Assembly: GCA_043800255.1 (NCBI GenBank)
Contig: JAZDNF010000009.1
Location: 1 to 64,000 of the forward strand
Length of the DNA: 64,000 nt
Direction of reading: 5' to 3'
Source: Candidatus Altiarchaeota archaeon
GTDB lineage: Archaea; Altiarchaeota; Altiarchaeia; IMC4; SCGC-AAA252-I15
The position numbers and the translations under genes are program-made. Every line of letters starts with the position of its first letter. Position 1 is the first letter of the stretch. Shown one piece after another: positions 1 through 8,787 of this stretch. The notes below the pieces were generated by a model. The model had not been told where the DNA came from, did not search any database, and saw only the letters and a program-made list of their open reading frames with translations.

Positions 1-139
1 CGACGTAACCTCAGACAGAACCTGGACCTGGACCGACATAAGCAACATGAACGTCGAAGCCAGATTCATAAGAACCGGAGGCACAGACAACATAGACTGG
101 TACGTAGACACCCTATGGACAAGAATATGCCACACATAA
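1..139 (+). CDS. 3' end of an upstream, probably surface/pilin-associated protein (partial)
   Basis: Frame from nt 2 reads DVTSDRTWTWTDISNMNVEARFIRTGGTDNIDWYVDTLWTRICHT* and overlaps the next start; not in the ORF track. Confidence 0.55.
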   Translation, partial: DVTSDRTWTWTDISNMNVEARFIRTGGTDNIDWYVDTLWTRICHT

Positions 140-657
140 AAACAAAAAAAGGACAGATTAGCACTTTGGACCTAGTTCTAGCATCGTCTATCTTCATCGG
201 AATACTCCTCATAAGCATGACCACATGGAATGACGTGCTCATGAGAAGCTACCGTTTCGAGAACAAGAGGGAGATAAACCAGAAGGCGATGGACGTGTCG
301 GAGCTGCTGGTTCTGACCGGAGGCGACCCAGCATACTGGCATCTCTTCCCTATCGAAGACGTGAACGCAGACAATGTGACGTCGATCGGCCTTGCTGCGG
401 AGCCTAACTTCCTTGACAGGGACAAGATAGAGAAGATGGCGCAGGTGAACTATGACACGCTCCGCGACATCATGGGACTCAGCAAGGAGGACTTCAACAT
501 AACCATATACAACTCAACGAACCAGGCGGTCTATACGATGGGAATCGGGGAGAGCGAGGCCACAGTCGTTATGAGAAGGTACGCCCTCCTGGACGGCGAC
601 AACACGAGGATAGAATTGAGGCTGTTCTATAACATAAGCAGCGGATTGACGACATAA
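127..657 (+). CDS. Class III signal peptide (archaeal type IV pilin-like) protein
   Basis: KKG|QISTLD followed by a hydrophobic helix; start ATG 127 (alternative 115). Confidence 0.75.
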   Translation: MPHIKTKKGQISTLDLVLASSIFIGILLISMTTWNDVLMRSYRFENKREINQKAMDVSELLVLTGGDPAYWHLFPIEDVNADNVTSIGLAAEPNFLDRDKIEKMAQVNYDTLRDIMGLSKEDFNITIYNSTNQAVYTMGIGESEATVVMRRYALLDGDNTRIELRLFYNISSGLTT

Positions 658-658
658 G

Positions 659-1042
659 ATGACAGGACTGTTCACGTTGGACACGATACTGGCGATTACG
701 GTAGCCTTCAGCATGATAACCGCATCCTATCTCCTGCTAGCAGGCCAGAAAATAGACAACAGGGAGCACCTGTTCCAGACTTCGGCAGACATACTGACAA
801 TAGCCGAGAAGAACGGCAGACTGTCAAGAGCTATTGACGGCGACAAAAGCGGCATAAACGAGTATAAAGGCCTCCTCTCAAGCGGCGTATGCTTCAGCCT
901 CGACATAGAGAACACCTCAGGCAGCATCATCTCGCACGATGACACTGGATGCGATATGCCTGACTCCTATGCCATAGCAAGGAGGACAGTATACCATAAC
1001 AGGCAATTCTACATATCAACGCTGAGAGTGTGGTACAGATGA
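659..1042 (+). CDS. Minor pilin-like protein
   Basis: MTG|LFTLD plus hydrophobic helix; tandem with other pilin-like ORFs. Confidence 0.65.
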   Translation: MTGLFTLDTILAITVAFSMITASYLLLAGQKIDNREHLFQTSADILTIAEKNGRLSRAIDGDKSGINEYKGLLSSGVCFSLDIENTSGSIISHDDTGCDMPDSYAIARRTVYHNRQFYISTLRVWYR

Positions 1043-1857
1043 GAAAAGGCATACTCTTCACGATGCTGACGGTCCTGCTCCTGCTGTCAGTGTTCATACT
1101 GGCTTCGTACTTCTCAAAGCCTGATAGTAACAGGGACATACAGGGAGAGAAGACGAGGCTGATATACGATGACATACGGTCCGACTTTGAGGATATAACA
1201 GGCATTACGGTGACAGTAAACCAGACTTCCGACACGATAACAATCTCAGACAGGTTCCCCCTCGAAAACGGCACAGGACTGTTCGAAAGGTATGAGAGCT
1301 TCATAAACACCACATACGCTGGAAAATGGAACACGAACATAACACTGGCGAACGTGGGCGACCCGGCATTCTGGATATTCCCCTACTGGCTGAAGTACGA
1401 ATACGACAGCCTCAACAAGACGCTCCTAAGAGTTTACAACGCCAGCGGGAACGCGGACTACGTCGCAGGATACAACATAACGCTCGTATTCCACGGGAAC
1501 ATCGTCAACGTCTCGGAGAGCACGAACGGCGGCACATTTGAATTCTACCTGAACGCGACATTCGCGAACGGCTCCCATGCGTTCTCAGGGAACATAGCAA
1601 GAGACCAGAACTCGACCTGGTTCTTCGACTTCGGAACTTCGAACTTCACCATGCAGGCAGGCAAGAACGTGATAGCTGGGGAGGAGAGGAACAGCACACT
1701 CTCCTACAGGATAAACGGCTCAGAGGTAACCTCCCAGATTGCGATAAAATTCCAGGCAACAGAGGCAAACATAGGGATGAGACCGAACCTGTTCATAAAC
1801 ATAACCGACAAAGTGAAGAAGGCAGACTACGTCTGGATAACGCCGCCAACACCGTAG
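1039..1857 (+). CDS. Pilin-like/adhesin surface protein, many N-x-S/T sequons
   Basis: MRKG|ILFT plus hydrophobic helix; ATGA overlap with the previous gene; Ser/Thr-rich frame continues past the TAG. Confidence 0.65.
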   Translation: MRKGILFTMLTVLLLLSVFILASYFSKPDSNRDIQGEKTRLIYDDIRSDFEDITGITVTVNQTSDTITISDRFPLENGTGLFERYESFINTTYAGKWNTNITLANVGDPAFWIFPYWLKYEYDSLNKTLLRVYNASGNADYVAGYNITLVFHGNIVNVSESTNGGTFEFYLNATFANGSHAFSGNIARDQNSTWFFDFGTSNFTMQAGKNVIAGEERNSTLSYRINGSEVTSQIAIKFQATEANIGMRPNLFINITDKVKKADYVWITPPTP

Positions 1858-1898
1858 ACGGCGGAAAGCACTACGTCAACTAGCACAACAAGCACTGC

Positions 1899-2033
1899 AT
1901 GACCTGCCAGCAGGCCTGCTCAAATGGAGGATACACACTCTGGCAGTGCAGAAACGGATGCGGAGGACAGTATCCAATATACGAACCAAGCGGAGACCCA
2001 AATTGCACACCAAAAATATGCTGCTGCGGATAG
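1899..2033 (+). pseudogene. 44-aa 8-Cys module, detached C-terminal domain of 1039..1857 or a small coupled ORF
   Basis: MTCQQACSNGGYTLWQCRNGCGGQYPIYEPSGDPNCTPKICCCG*, followed by a T-tract at 2035-2040. Confidence 0.55.
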
Positions 2034-2065
2034 GTTTTTTATCCTGATATCAATAGTTAACAAGC

Positions 2066-3067
2066 ATGCCAAACCAAGAAACCGTAACCGAAAGCAGAAA
2101 CCTGCGGCAGGAGTTTCTAGAGCTTATCTTCAAGGCCCGCGCGGTTAGGCTGGGCGAGGCGTGCAAGGCCCTTGAAATACCGAAGAACACCGGCTGGGAG
2201 TGGGCTGTCCAGCTGAAGAGAGAGGGCCTCATAGAAGTCAGAACGCATCTTCTAAGGGATACTAAGCTCGTCAGGAGGGAGGATGCGCACATACCGAACT
2301 TCGGCAGCTGCACTGTGATAGCAGTGTCAAACCAGAAGGGAGGGGTCGGGAAGACGATAACCGCGATGAACCTCTCAGCTGCCCTCGCCCTCAAGGGAAA
2401 AAAGACCCTGCTTGTTGACTCTGACCCGCAGGCTAACACGACATCGGGCATAGGATTCGACAAGCACGGCATAAGATACAGCATATATGATGGCATAATC
2501 AGGGACAGGCCGCTCGACGACATACTGCTGCCGACCAACATCAAGAACCTGCATCTTGTGCCGTCGAACGTCGACCTCGCTGGAGCTGAGATAGAGATGG
2601 TCCCATTGGAGTACAGAGAAACCAGGCTAAGGCACCTTCTGTACGGCATAAGGGAGAAGTACGATTACATCATCATAGACTGCCCGCCGTCGCTTGGACT
2701 GTTGACTTTGAACGGGCTCACAGCCTCAGACTCGGTTCTCATCCCCGTACAGTGCGACTACTATGCGATGGAGGGGATGAGCCAGCTCCTCTACACCATA
2801 GACCTGGTCAAGAACAGGCTGAACCCGGGGCTGAAGCTGGAGGGGATACTGCTCACCATGTATGATCCCAAGATAAAGCTGTCAGTCCAGGTCGCCGACG
2901 AAGTCAAACACCATTTCAAGGACAGAGTGCACACTACGATCATACCGAGGAACGCGAAACTCGGCGAGGCTCCCAGCTTCGGGAAGACGATACTGGAGTA
3001 CGACAAAAACTCTCCGGGAGCTAAAGCGTACATGGAACTGGCAAAAGAGGTAATAGAAAATGGCTGA
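2066..3067 (+). CDS. parA: ParA/Soj family ATPase with N-terminal winged-helix-like extension
   Basis: Deviant Walker A NQKGGVGKT, DSDPQANTT, IIIDCPPSLG, IPRNAKLGEAPSFG; about 75-aa N-terminal extension. Confidence 0.9.
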   Translation: MPNQETVTESRNLRQEFLELIFKARAVRLGEACKALEIPKNTGWEWAVQLKREGLIEVRTHLLRDTKLVRREDAHIPNFGSCTVIAVSNQKGGVGKTITAMNLSAALALKGKKTLLVDSDPQANTTSGIGFDKHGIRYSIYDGIIRDRPLDDILLPTNIKNLHLVPSNVDLAGAEIEMVPLEYRETRLRHLLYGIREKYDYIIIDCPPSLGLLTLNGLTASDSVLIPVQCDYYAMEGMSQLLYTIDLVKNRLNPGLKLEGILLTMYDPKIKLSVQVADEVKHHFKDRVHTTIIPRNAKLGEAPSFGKTILEYDKNSPGAKAYMELAKEVIENG

Positions 3068-3257
3068 CAAAGTTTTGGGTAAGGGAATACGCGCCTTAAT
3101 CCCCGAGAGGCTTGAGACAGAGGACGAGGACGTGAGAAAGGTCCTGAGGATGTTGGACAACCTCCTTGAGAAGCTGCCGGACGATGCCGTGAAGGAATTC
3201 GCAAACTCTGAGGATTTCAGGCTATATGAGAAGGTTCTCAGAAAGTACGGGATATAA
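3060..3257 (+). CDS. Small protein with ParB/Spo0J-type N-terminal ParA-activating peptide
   Basis: MADKVLGKGIRALIP resembles the LG(K/R)GL.AL motif; overlaps parA by 8 nt and the next gene by TAATG. Confidence 0.75.
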   Translation: MADKVLGKGIRALIPERLETEDEDVRKVLRMLDNLLEKLPDDAVKEFANSEDFRLYEKVLRKYGI

Positions 3258-5611
3258 TGGGCTTAAGGGATAAGGCAAAAAAGCTGAGGGATGAAAAAAC
3301 CAAGACTCCGACTGCAAAGGCAGACAAGCCGCGAAAGGAGCTTAATGAACAGTCCTTTCTGAGCGTGATGCCTGAGTTCGGGAGGATAACCCTCCAAGAG
3401 ACTGTTGATAAGCTGGGTTGCCCTCCTGCAGAGATTAAGAAAGTCGCGAAAGAACTGGACAAGAAGCAGCTCATAAAAATACAAAAACACATAAGGGGGG
3501 AGACTGAATTCTGGGTGACCAGGAAACTCTACGACAGCAGGCAGGAGAAGCCGAAGAAGGAAAAGGAGAAAGCAGAGGAGCTCGGGAAACCGGCGGAGAA
3601 TGGAAGAATCGAGACCGATGAAACGAAAATCCGGCTCAGGGACATCGTGCCGTCTGAGGGAAGCCTGAGGCTGAGAGACGCCTGCAGCCAGCTTGGAATA
3701 GACAATACGCAGGGCAAAAAGCTCGCGAAGGCATTATACAATGACGGCTATGTCAGGGTTAGACTGCACTTTATGGGCGGCAGGGAGCTGCTGGCAACAA
3801 AAAAGCTGGTAACGTACCGGAAGGATCTCGAGGACTACGACAAAGCCAAGGCAGACGAGAGGCGCAGGGACGAAATCGCGAGTGTAGACAGGATAAACAC
3901 GCAGTTGGACGAGATCATCAGAGTGTTGAACAACAGGGGGAACGCCACAGTCTCCCAGGTATCCGAGTTGTTGAAGATTGAGCCTGACATGATACTGAGT
4001 TTCGCCAGGATTATGCCAAAGCTGGTGGATGTGGAATACCCTGCCAACATACTTGCCAGCCCAGTCCTGAAAATCAAGAAGAAGCTAGTATCGGCGGAGA
4101 GCCCCTTCCCCGCTGGGGAGATGCTGGACAGCTATACAGTGAACGCCGACAACGTCCCTGCCAAGATATTCATGATAGACACTCCCGAGGATTCGATGCC
4201 GCTTTATGTAATGAGGATACCGACGCCGGGGCCGGGAACGCGGGAGGCCGTAAGGTTCCTCTCAGACAAGCTCAGCGACGAGATAACAATACAATCCGAG
4301 GAGATAACAGACCCCAAGAGGATGGCCGAACTGAGGAAGAAGTTCGGCGACATCTCGACAAAGCTTGTCGAAAATTACATACCAGCCGGACAGGATGAGA
4401 AGAAAATCCTGGCGGGGATGCTGCTGCACAGGACATTCGGGCTGGGCTATGTCGAGCTGATGATGAACGATGACTGGCTTGAGGAGGTCTGCGTCAACAC
4501 AAGCCACACGCCGCTGACAGCATACCACAAGAAGTTCGGATGGTCTATGACCAACATGTTCCTGGAGGACGAGAACATGATATACAATTACGCCTCCCAG
4601 ATTGGCAGGAAAATCGGGAAGGGGATATCGAACCTGGACCCGATAATGGATGCCCACCTGCTCACCGGGGACAGGGTGAACGCCACACTGTTTCCCATAT
4701 CGTCTTTGGGGAACACGATAACCATACGGAAGTTCGCGAGGCAGCCGTGGACGATAACCCATTTCATATCCCCGGAATATCTGACGCTGTCGAAGGAGAT
4801 TGCCGCGTTCCTGTGGCTCTGCCTGCAGTACGAGCTTAACATCATAGTCGGCGGTGGAACAGCATCCGGAAAGACGAGCGTCCTCAACTGCCTGCTGTCG
4901 CTGATACAGCCAACGCACAGGATAATAACCATCGAGGACACGAGGGAGATAAACCTCCCAAAATTCCTGTACTGGAACTGGATTCCGCTTACTACGAGAG
5001 ACCCGAACCCTGAAGGCAAGGGCGAGGTATCGATGCTCGACCTGATAGTGACGTCACTCAGGATGAGGCCTGACAGGGTGGTCTTGGGCGAAGTCAGGAG
5101 GCGGAACGAGGCTGAAGTCATGTTCGAGGCGATGCACACCGGCCACTCCGTCTACGGCACCATGCACGCTGACACGTCAAGAAACCTGAAGAGGAGGCTG
5201 CTTGAGCCGCCCATAGAGCTGCCGGCGCAGGAGGTCGAAGCCCTCCACCTGATACTGATACAGTACAGGGACAGGACTACGGGGAAGAGGAAGACGTTCG
5301 AAGTCGCTGAGATAGTGCCTGGCACCGAGTCGAAGGAGTTCGACCTCAATTATCTGTACAGGTGGAACCCAAGAACCCAGAGCTTTTCAAAGATCAATGA
5401 AAGCCAGAGAGTATACAACGAGCTTAACCTGCACACCGGCATGGACAAGGACGAGATCGAAAAAGACCTGAAGGAGAAGGAGGAAGTGCTGCAGTGGATG
5501 CTCGACAAGAGGATAGACACCATAGACGAGGTCGGCCGCGTGATGGACAGATACTACAAGAACAAGAACAGGCTGCTTGACATTGTAAGAGCGAAGAAGG
5601 ATTTAGAATGA
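3257..5611 (+). CDS. Type IV pilus/Tad secretion ATPase (CpaF/FlaI/VirB11 family) with long N-terminal wHTH-like repeats
   Basis: GGTASGKT, ITIEDTRE, LRMRPDRVVLGEVR, MHTGH. Confidence 0.9.
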   Translation: MGLRDKAKKLRDEKTKTPTAKADKPRKELNEQSFLSVMPEFGRITLQETVDKLGCPPAEIKKVAKELDKKQLIKIQKHIRGETEFWVTRKLYDSRQEKPKKEKEKAEELGKPAENGRIETDETKIRLRDIVPSEGSLRLRDACSQLGIDNTQGKKLAKALYNDGYVRVRLHFMGGRELLATKKLVTYRKDLEDYDKAKADERRRDEIASVDRINTQLDEIIRVLNNRGNATVSQVSELLKIEPDMILSFARIMPKLVDVEYPANILASPVLKIKKKLVSAESPFPAGEMLDSYTVNADNVPAKIFMIDTPEDSMPLYVMRIPTPGPGTREAVRFLSDKLSDEITIQSEEITDPKRMAELRKKFGDISTKLVENYIPAGQDEKKILAGMLLHRTFGLGYVELMMNDDWLEEVCVNTSHTPLTAYHKKFGWSMTNMFLEDENMIYNYASQIGRKIGKGISNLDPIMDAHLLTGDRVNATLFPISSLGNTITIRKFARQPWTITHFISPEYLTLSKEIAAFLWLCLQYELNIIVGGGTASGKTSVLNCLLSLIQPTHRIITIEDTREINLPKFLYWNWIPLTTRDPNPEGKGEVSMLDLIVTSLRMRPDRVVLGEVRRRNEAEVMFEAMHTGHSVYGTMHADTSRNLKRRLLEPPIELPAQEVEALHLILIQYRDRTTGKRKTFEVAEIVPGTESKEFDLNYLYRWNPRTQSFSKINESQRVYNELNLHTGMDKDEIEKDLKEKEEVLQWMLDKRIDTIDEVGRVMDRYYKNKNRLLDIVRAKKDLE

Positions 5612-6492
5612 GAATCCCCTTTATGATAGTGCCGGCGAAGAGCGTCGTAGTCCGCGCCCAACGTTGGAGAGGCATAACCTGCAGGATCTCCAACCTGATA
5701 CCCCAGCTGGAAACCAGCCTCAAGAGGACTGACGTGAGGATAAGGGCTGAGGACTACATCAGCGCCGCCATAATCAATTCCATAATCTGGGGGCTGCTGT
5801 TTTTCATACTAATATACGCGCTTCTTACGGTAGTGGGAGAAGGCTACAACAGGGCTATGCTGATGTCTGCCGGCGCGTTCCTGCTGGCGTTCGGGCTTTT
5901 TCTGGTAGTGCTGCTCCTGTACCCGAGGATTATGGCAGGGAAGAGAGCTGAGAGCGTTAACAAGGATCTCGCATACGCCCTGAAGGACATGTTGCTGGAG
6001 GTGAGCGCAGGCTCATCATTGTATGACGCGATGCTTAACATCGCAAAATCAGACTACGGAGTCGTCTCCGAGGAGTTCGGCCTGATAGTAAAGAAGGTCG
6101 ACACCGGCGTTCCTTTGGACGATGCCATGGAGAGCCTCGCCCTCAGAACCAGCTCGGATTACCTGAGGAACGCGACATGGCAGATGATAAACGCCCTGAA
6201 GGCAGGCTCCAACATCGAGAGCACCTTGAGGGAGATCGTCAGGATGCTGATCGATAATCAGAGGAACATGATAAGGAACTACGCCCAGGAGCTGAACGTC
6301 CTGTCCCTCATATACATGCTCTTCGCCGTGGTCATCCCGACGATAGCGTCGACGATTGCCATAATAGTGGCGCCGTTCCTGGGCATAGCAGCCGGGCCCA
6401 GGATATTCTACTTCATACTCCCTTTAACGTTTTTCATACAGATCGCATTGCTTGAGCTTATCAAAAGCAGGAGACCGGTGATACACCTCTGA
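5608..6492 (+). CDS. Type II secretion system F family (TadB/C, FlaJ-like) membrane platform protein
   Basis: TM helices flanking a cytoplasmic domain (DYGVVSEEF...); ATGA-coupled to the ATPase. Confidence 0.85.
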   Translation: MRIPFMIVPAKSVVVRAQRWRGITCRISNLIPQLETSLKRTDVRIRAEDYISAAIINSIIWGLLFFILIYALLTVVGEGYNRAMLMSAGAFLLAFGLFLVVLLLYPRIMAGKRAESVNKDLAYALKDMLLEVSAGSSLYDAMLNIAKSDYGVVSEEFGLIVKKVDTGVPLDDAMESLALRTSSDYLRNATWQMINALKAGSNIESTLREIVRMLIDNQRNMIRNYAQELNVLSLIYMLFAVVIPTIASTIAIIVAPFLGIAAGPRIFYFILPLTFFIQIALLELIKSRRPVIHL

Positions 6493-6494
6493 AA

Positions 6495-7460
6495 ATGCTG
6501 AACAGGATTTTCATCACAGCCTCGAAGGTCTATCCTAAGGGGTACAGGAACGGCGTTCGGAAGAACCTGGGATACGCCGGCATCGAGACTCCGGTGGAGA
6601 TTTGGCTGGGGCAGTCCCTCTTCATAGGATTCTTCGTCCTCATCGCCATCTCGGCTCTCGCAAGATTCGGAAACCCTGTCCTGTTTTACACCCTGGCTTT
6701 CCTCTCGTTCATGATATACCAGGTTGGCTCCTATTCGATACCGTACTTTCAGGCTATGAACCGCTCAAATGCTGTCGACGAGATGCTTCCTGACCTGTTG
6801 AGACTGATGGCGACCGATATCAGGGCGGGGATGACGCCCTTCCAGGCAATAAAAGTCTCTGCGAGGGATGAGTTCGGCATCCTCAAGCACGAGCTTGACA
6901 GGGCAAGCGCAAAATCCCTCGGCATAGGCTCATTCAATGAGGCCCTGCTTGAGATGTGCGACAGGCTCAATTCATACGCGCTGAACAGGGCCATGAGATT
7001 GTTCATCAGGAGCATGGAGGGCGGAGGACAGCTTGCGAACGTCTTGGACGAGACAGCGAGAGACATCTCAGAGAACCTTTCGCTCAAGAAAGAGCTTCTG
7101 TCAGCGACCAGGACCTACACCATCCTCATACTGGTGAGCGTCCTCATTGGAACGCCCCTGCTGCTGACGATCTCGATACACTTCACTGAGAGGGTCAATG
7201 AGATGCGGGAGTCGCTTAACGTCTCTGACATGGAGAACTTTGATCTGGGGATGCTGCTGAACATGGGCTTCGACCCAGCGGTGTTGGAGAACATATCAGC
7301 CATAACAATTCTGGTAACGACTTTGATAGCCTGCATGCTGTTCGGCGTCATAGTGGAGGGCAAGGAAAAATACGGCCTGAAGTACGCCTTCTTCCTGGTG
7401 CCGCTGTCGCTGATACTGTTCTACGCGTTCAGGCTGGCGAGCAAGATAATACTGAAATAG
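6495..7460 (+). CDS. Second T2SS-F family membrane platform protein
   Basis: LPDLLRLMATDIRAGMTP, EFGILKHE, GGQLANVL motifs; multiple TM helices. Confidence 0.85.
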   Translation: MLNRIFITASKVYPKGYRNGVRKNLGYAGIETPVEIWLGQSLFIGFFVLIAISALARFGNPVLFYTLAFLSFMIYQVGSYSIPYFQAMNRSNAVDEMLPDLLRLMATDIRAGMTPFQAIKVSARDEFGILKHELDRASAKSLGIGSFNEALLEMCDRLNSYALNRAMRLFIRSMEGGGQLANVLDETARDISENLSLKKELLSATRTYTILILVSVLIGTPLLLTISIHFTERVNEMRESLNVSDMENFDLGMLLNMGFDPAVLENISAITILVTTLIACMLFGVIVEGKEKYGLKYAFFLVPLSLILFYAFRLASKIILK

Positions 7461-7461
7461 C

Positions 7462-7506
7462 TTATATAGGCTTAAATCTAATAGGATTTAACGTAATCGG
7501 AGGTGA
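7462..7506 (+). promoter_or_regulatory. Putative TATA box and strong Shine-Dalgarno for the pilin gene
   Basis: TTATATA at 7462-7468; GGAGGTGA at 7499-7506, 7 nt before the ATG. Confidence 0.5.
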
Positions 7507-7513
7507 AAAGCAT

Positions 7514-7957
7514 ATGAGGAAAGCACAGGCGTCGACCGAGTATCTGGTAATCCTTGCAGTTGTCATTATCATAGCTTTGGTCGTTGTGGCCGTATTAGGA
7601 GGTTTTATAGACATTGGAAGAGGAGCTGACGCTCAGGCTGCCAAGTCTTATTGGAGGATAGCCGACATCGGACTCGTGGACTGGAACCAGGATGCAACCA
7701 CTCTGACAGTTGTTGCCAGGAACAACCAGGACTACAAGATTGCCATAAGCGCTATCAGCCCTGACGGCGGTGTGACTAATTCGTCAGCCAATTCGGGGCC
7801 GATACAACCAGGCGGAACGAAGACCTTCACGATAACCAAGTCTTGCAGTAGCGGTGACACGTACAGTTACCCGATGACGGTTTACTACAACGACACCCAG
7901 CATGGCATAAACAGCAAGATCTTCACCGGCGCGAAAGACGTAATTGGGACCTGCTAG
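7514..7957 (+). CDS. Archaeal type IV pilin, probable major pilin
   Basis: MRKA|QASTEYLVILAVVIIIALVVV canonical class III signal with E+5. Confidence 0.88.
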   Translation: MRKAQASTEYLVILAVVIIIALVVVAVLGGFIDIGRGADAQAAKSYWRIADIGLVDWNQDATTLTVVARNNQDYKIAISAISPDGGVTNSSANSGPIQPGGTKTFTITKSCSSGDTYSYPMTVYYNDTQHGINSKIFTGAKDVIGTC

Positions 7958-7966
7958 TTCCAATTA

Positions 7967-7983
7967 TTCTTTTTTATTTTTTT
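7967..7983 (+). terminator. Oligo-T archaeal terminator
   Basis: TTCTTTTTTATTTTTTT just after the pilin stop. Confidence 0.6.
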
Positions 7984-7999
7984 ATGCTAATAGGTTAAT

Positions 8000-8371
8000 A
8001 TGACATTCGTTGCGGTCAGTTCCACGGAGCTCGTTCTGAACGTGGTTAACCTCGTTCTCGCATTCGCATGCGTCATAGAATCGGCCCTCATATTCCAGAT
8101 AATAGTCAACAAGGAGTTCAGGCAGAACATGAGGAAAAAGTCGATAAGCATAATGGAGCTCATAATAGCATGGCGGAGGATAATCATGGGCATCGTCTTC
8201 TTCGCCATCGTCCAAGCCTACTACCTTCTGTCGAAGTACGGCGAGAGGAGCATCTCACTCGCATATGAGCTGTTCGTGACAGCCTTCCTTTTCCTGCTCG
8301 TTACCGGGCTCTTCGAATACTATAATGCGCTGAAGAAGGTCAGGGACATGATGACAGCAGAAGGCGAATGA
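8000..8371 (+). CDS. Hypothetical membrane protein
   Basis: Three hydrophobic segments; ATGA-coupled to the next gene. Confidence 0.6.
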   Translation: MTFVAVSSTELVLNVVNLVLAFACVIESALIFQIIVNKEFRQNMRKKSISIMELIIAWRRIIMGIVFFAIVQAYYLLSKYGERSISLAYELFVTAFLFLLVTGLFEYYNALKKVRDMMTAEGE

Positions 8372-8787
8372 ACCTCTTAGCCCACGTTCTGCTGTCATAC
8401 AGGATAGCCTCCTATTTTACGGCAGACCCTGTTCTAATGGCTGCTGCCGTCTTATTGGGAGTGCTGCCGGACGTCGACCACCTGTCCCATATTCCAAAGG
8501 CGCTGAAAACGCTCAGGTTCGGCTCAGCCTCAAGGTCAAGATTCCACGAACTGTACGGCCTGAGCGTCAGCACCATACTCTTAGCCATGCTGCCGGCGGG
8601 CATTATGCCCATATTGTTCTTCCCACTGCTCTCTCATTACGTGTTGGATTTCTTCACAAGGGAGACGCGCCCCTTTTATCCGAGAGACAGAACAGAGTTA
8701 TACGTGGGCTGGTATCCTAAAGGCCTGAAGATGAGGACGTTATCTGACATCATACTTACGGGAGGTCTGCTTCTATGGGTTTTATAG
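8368..8787 (+). CDS. Membrane-bound metal-dependent hydrolase (YdjM/DUF457-like)
   Basis: H, LPDVDH, RSRFHE and SHYVLD motifs. Confidence 0.7.
   Translation: MNLLAHVLLSYRIASYFTADPVLMAAAVLLGVLPDVDHLSHIPKALKTLRFGSASRSRFHELYGLSVSTILLAMLPAGIMPILFFPLLSHYVLDFFTRETRPFYPRDRTELYVGWYPKGLKMRTLSDIILTGGLLLWVL

Noticed and set aside
1855-1857. Genome-wide TAG recoding (pyrrolysine or alternative code)
   Set aside because: Conserved genes end at TAG at their expected length (e.g. cdc6, uppP, leuA) and no pyl genes are in the window
1924-2148. 74-aa ORF in the track
   Set aside because: It overlaps parA, and the 8-Cys frame at 1899..2033 explains the region better
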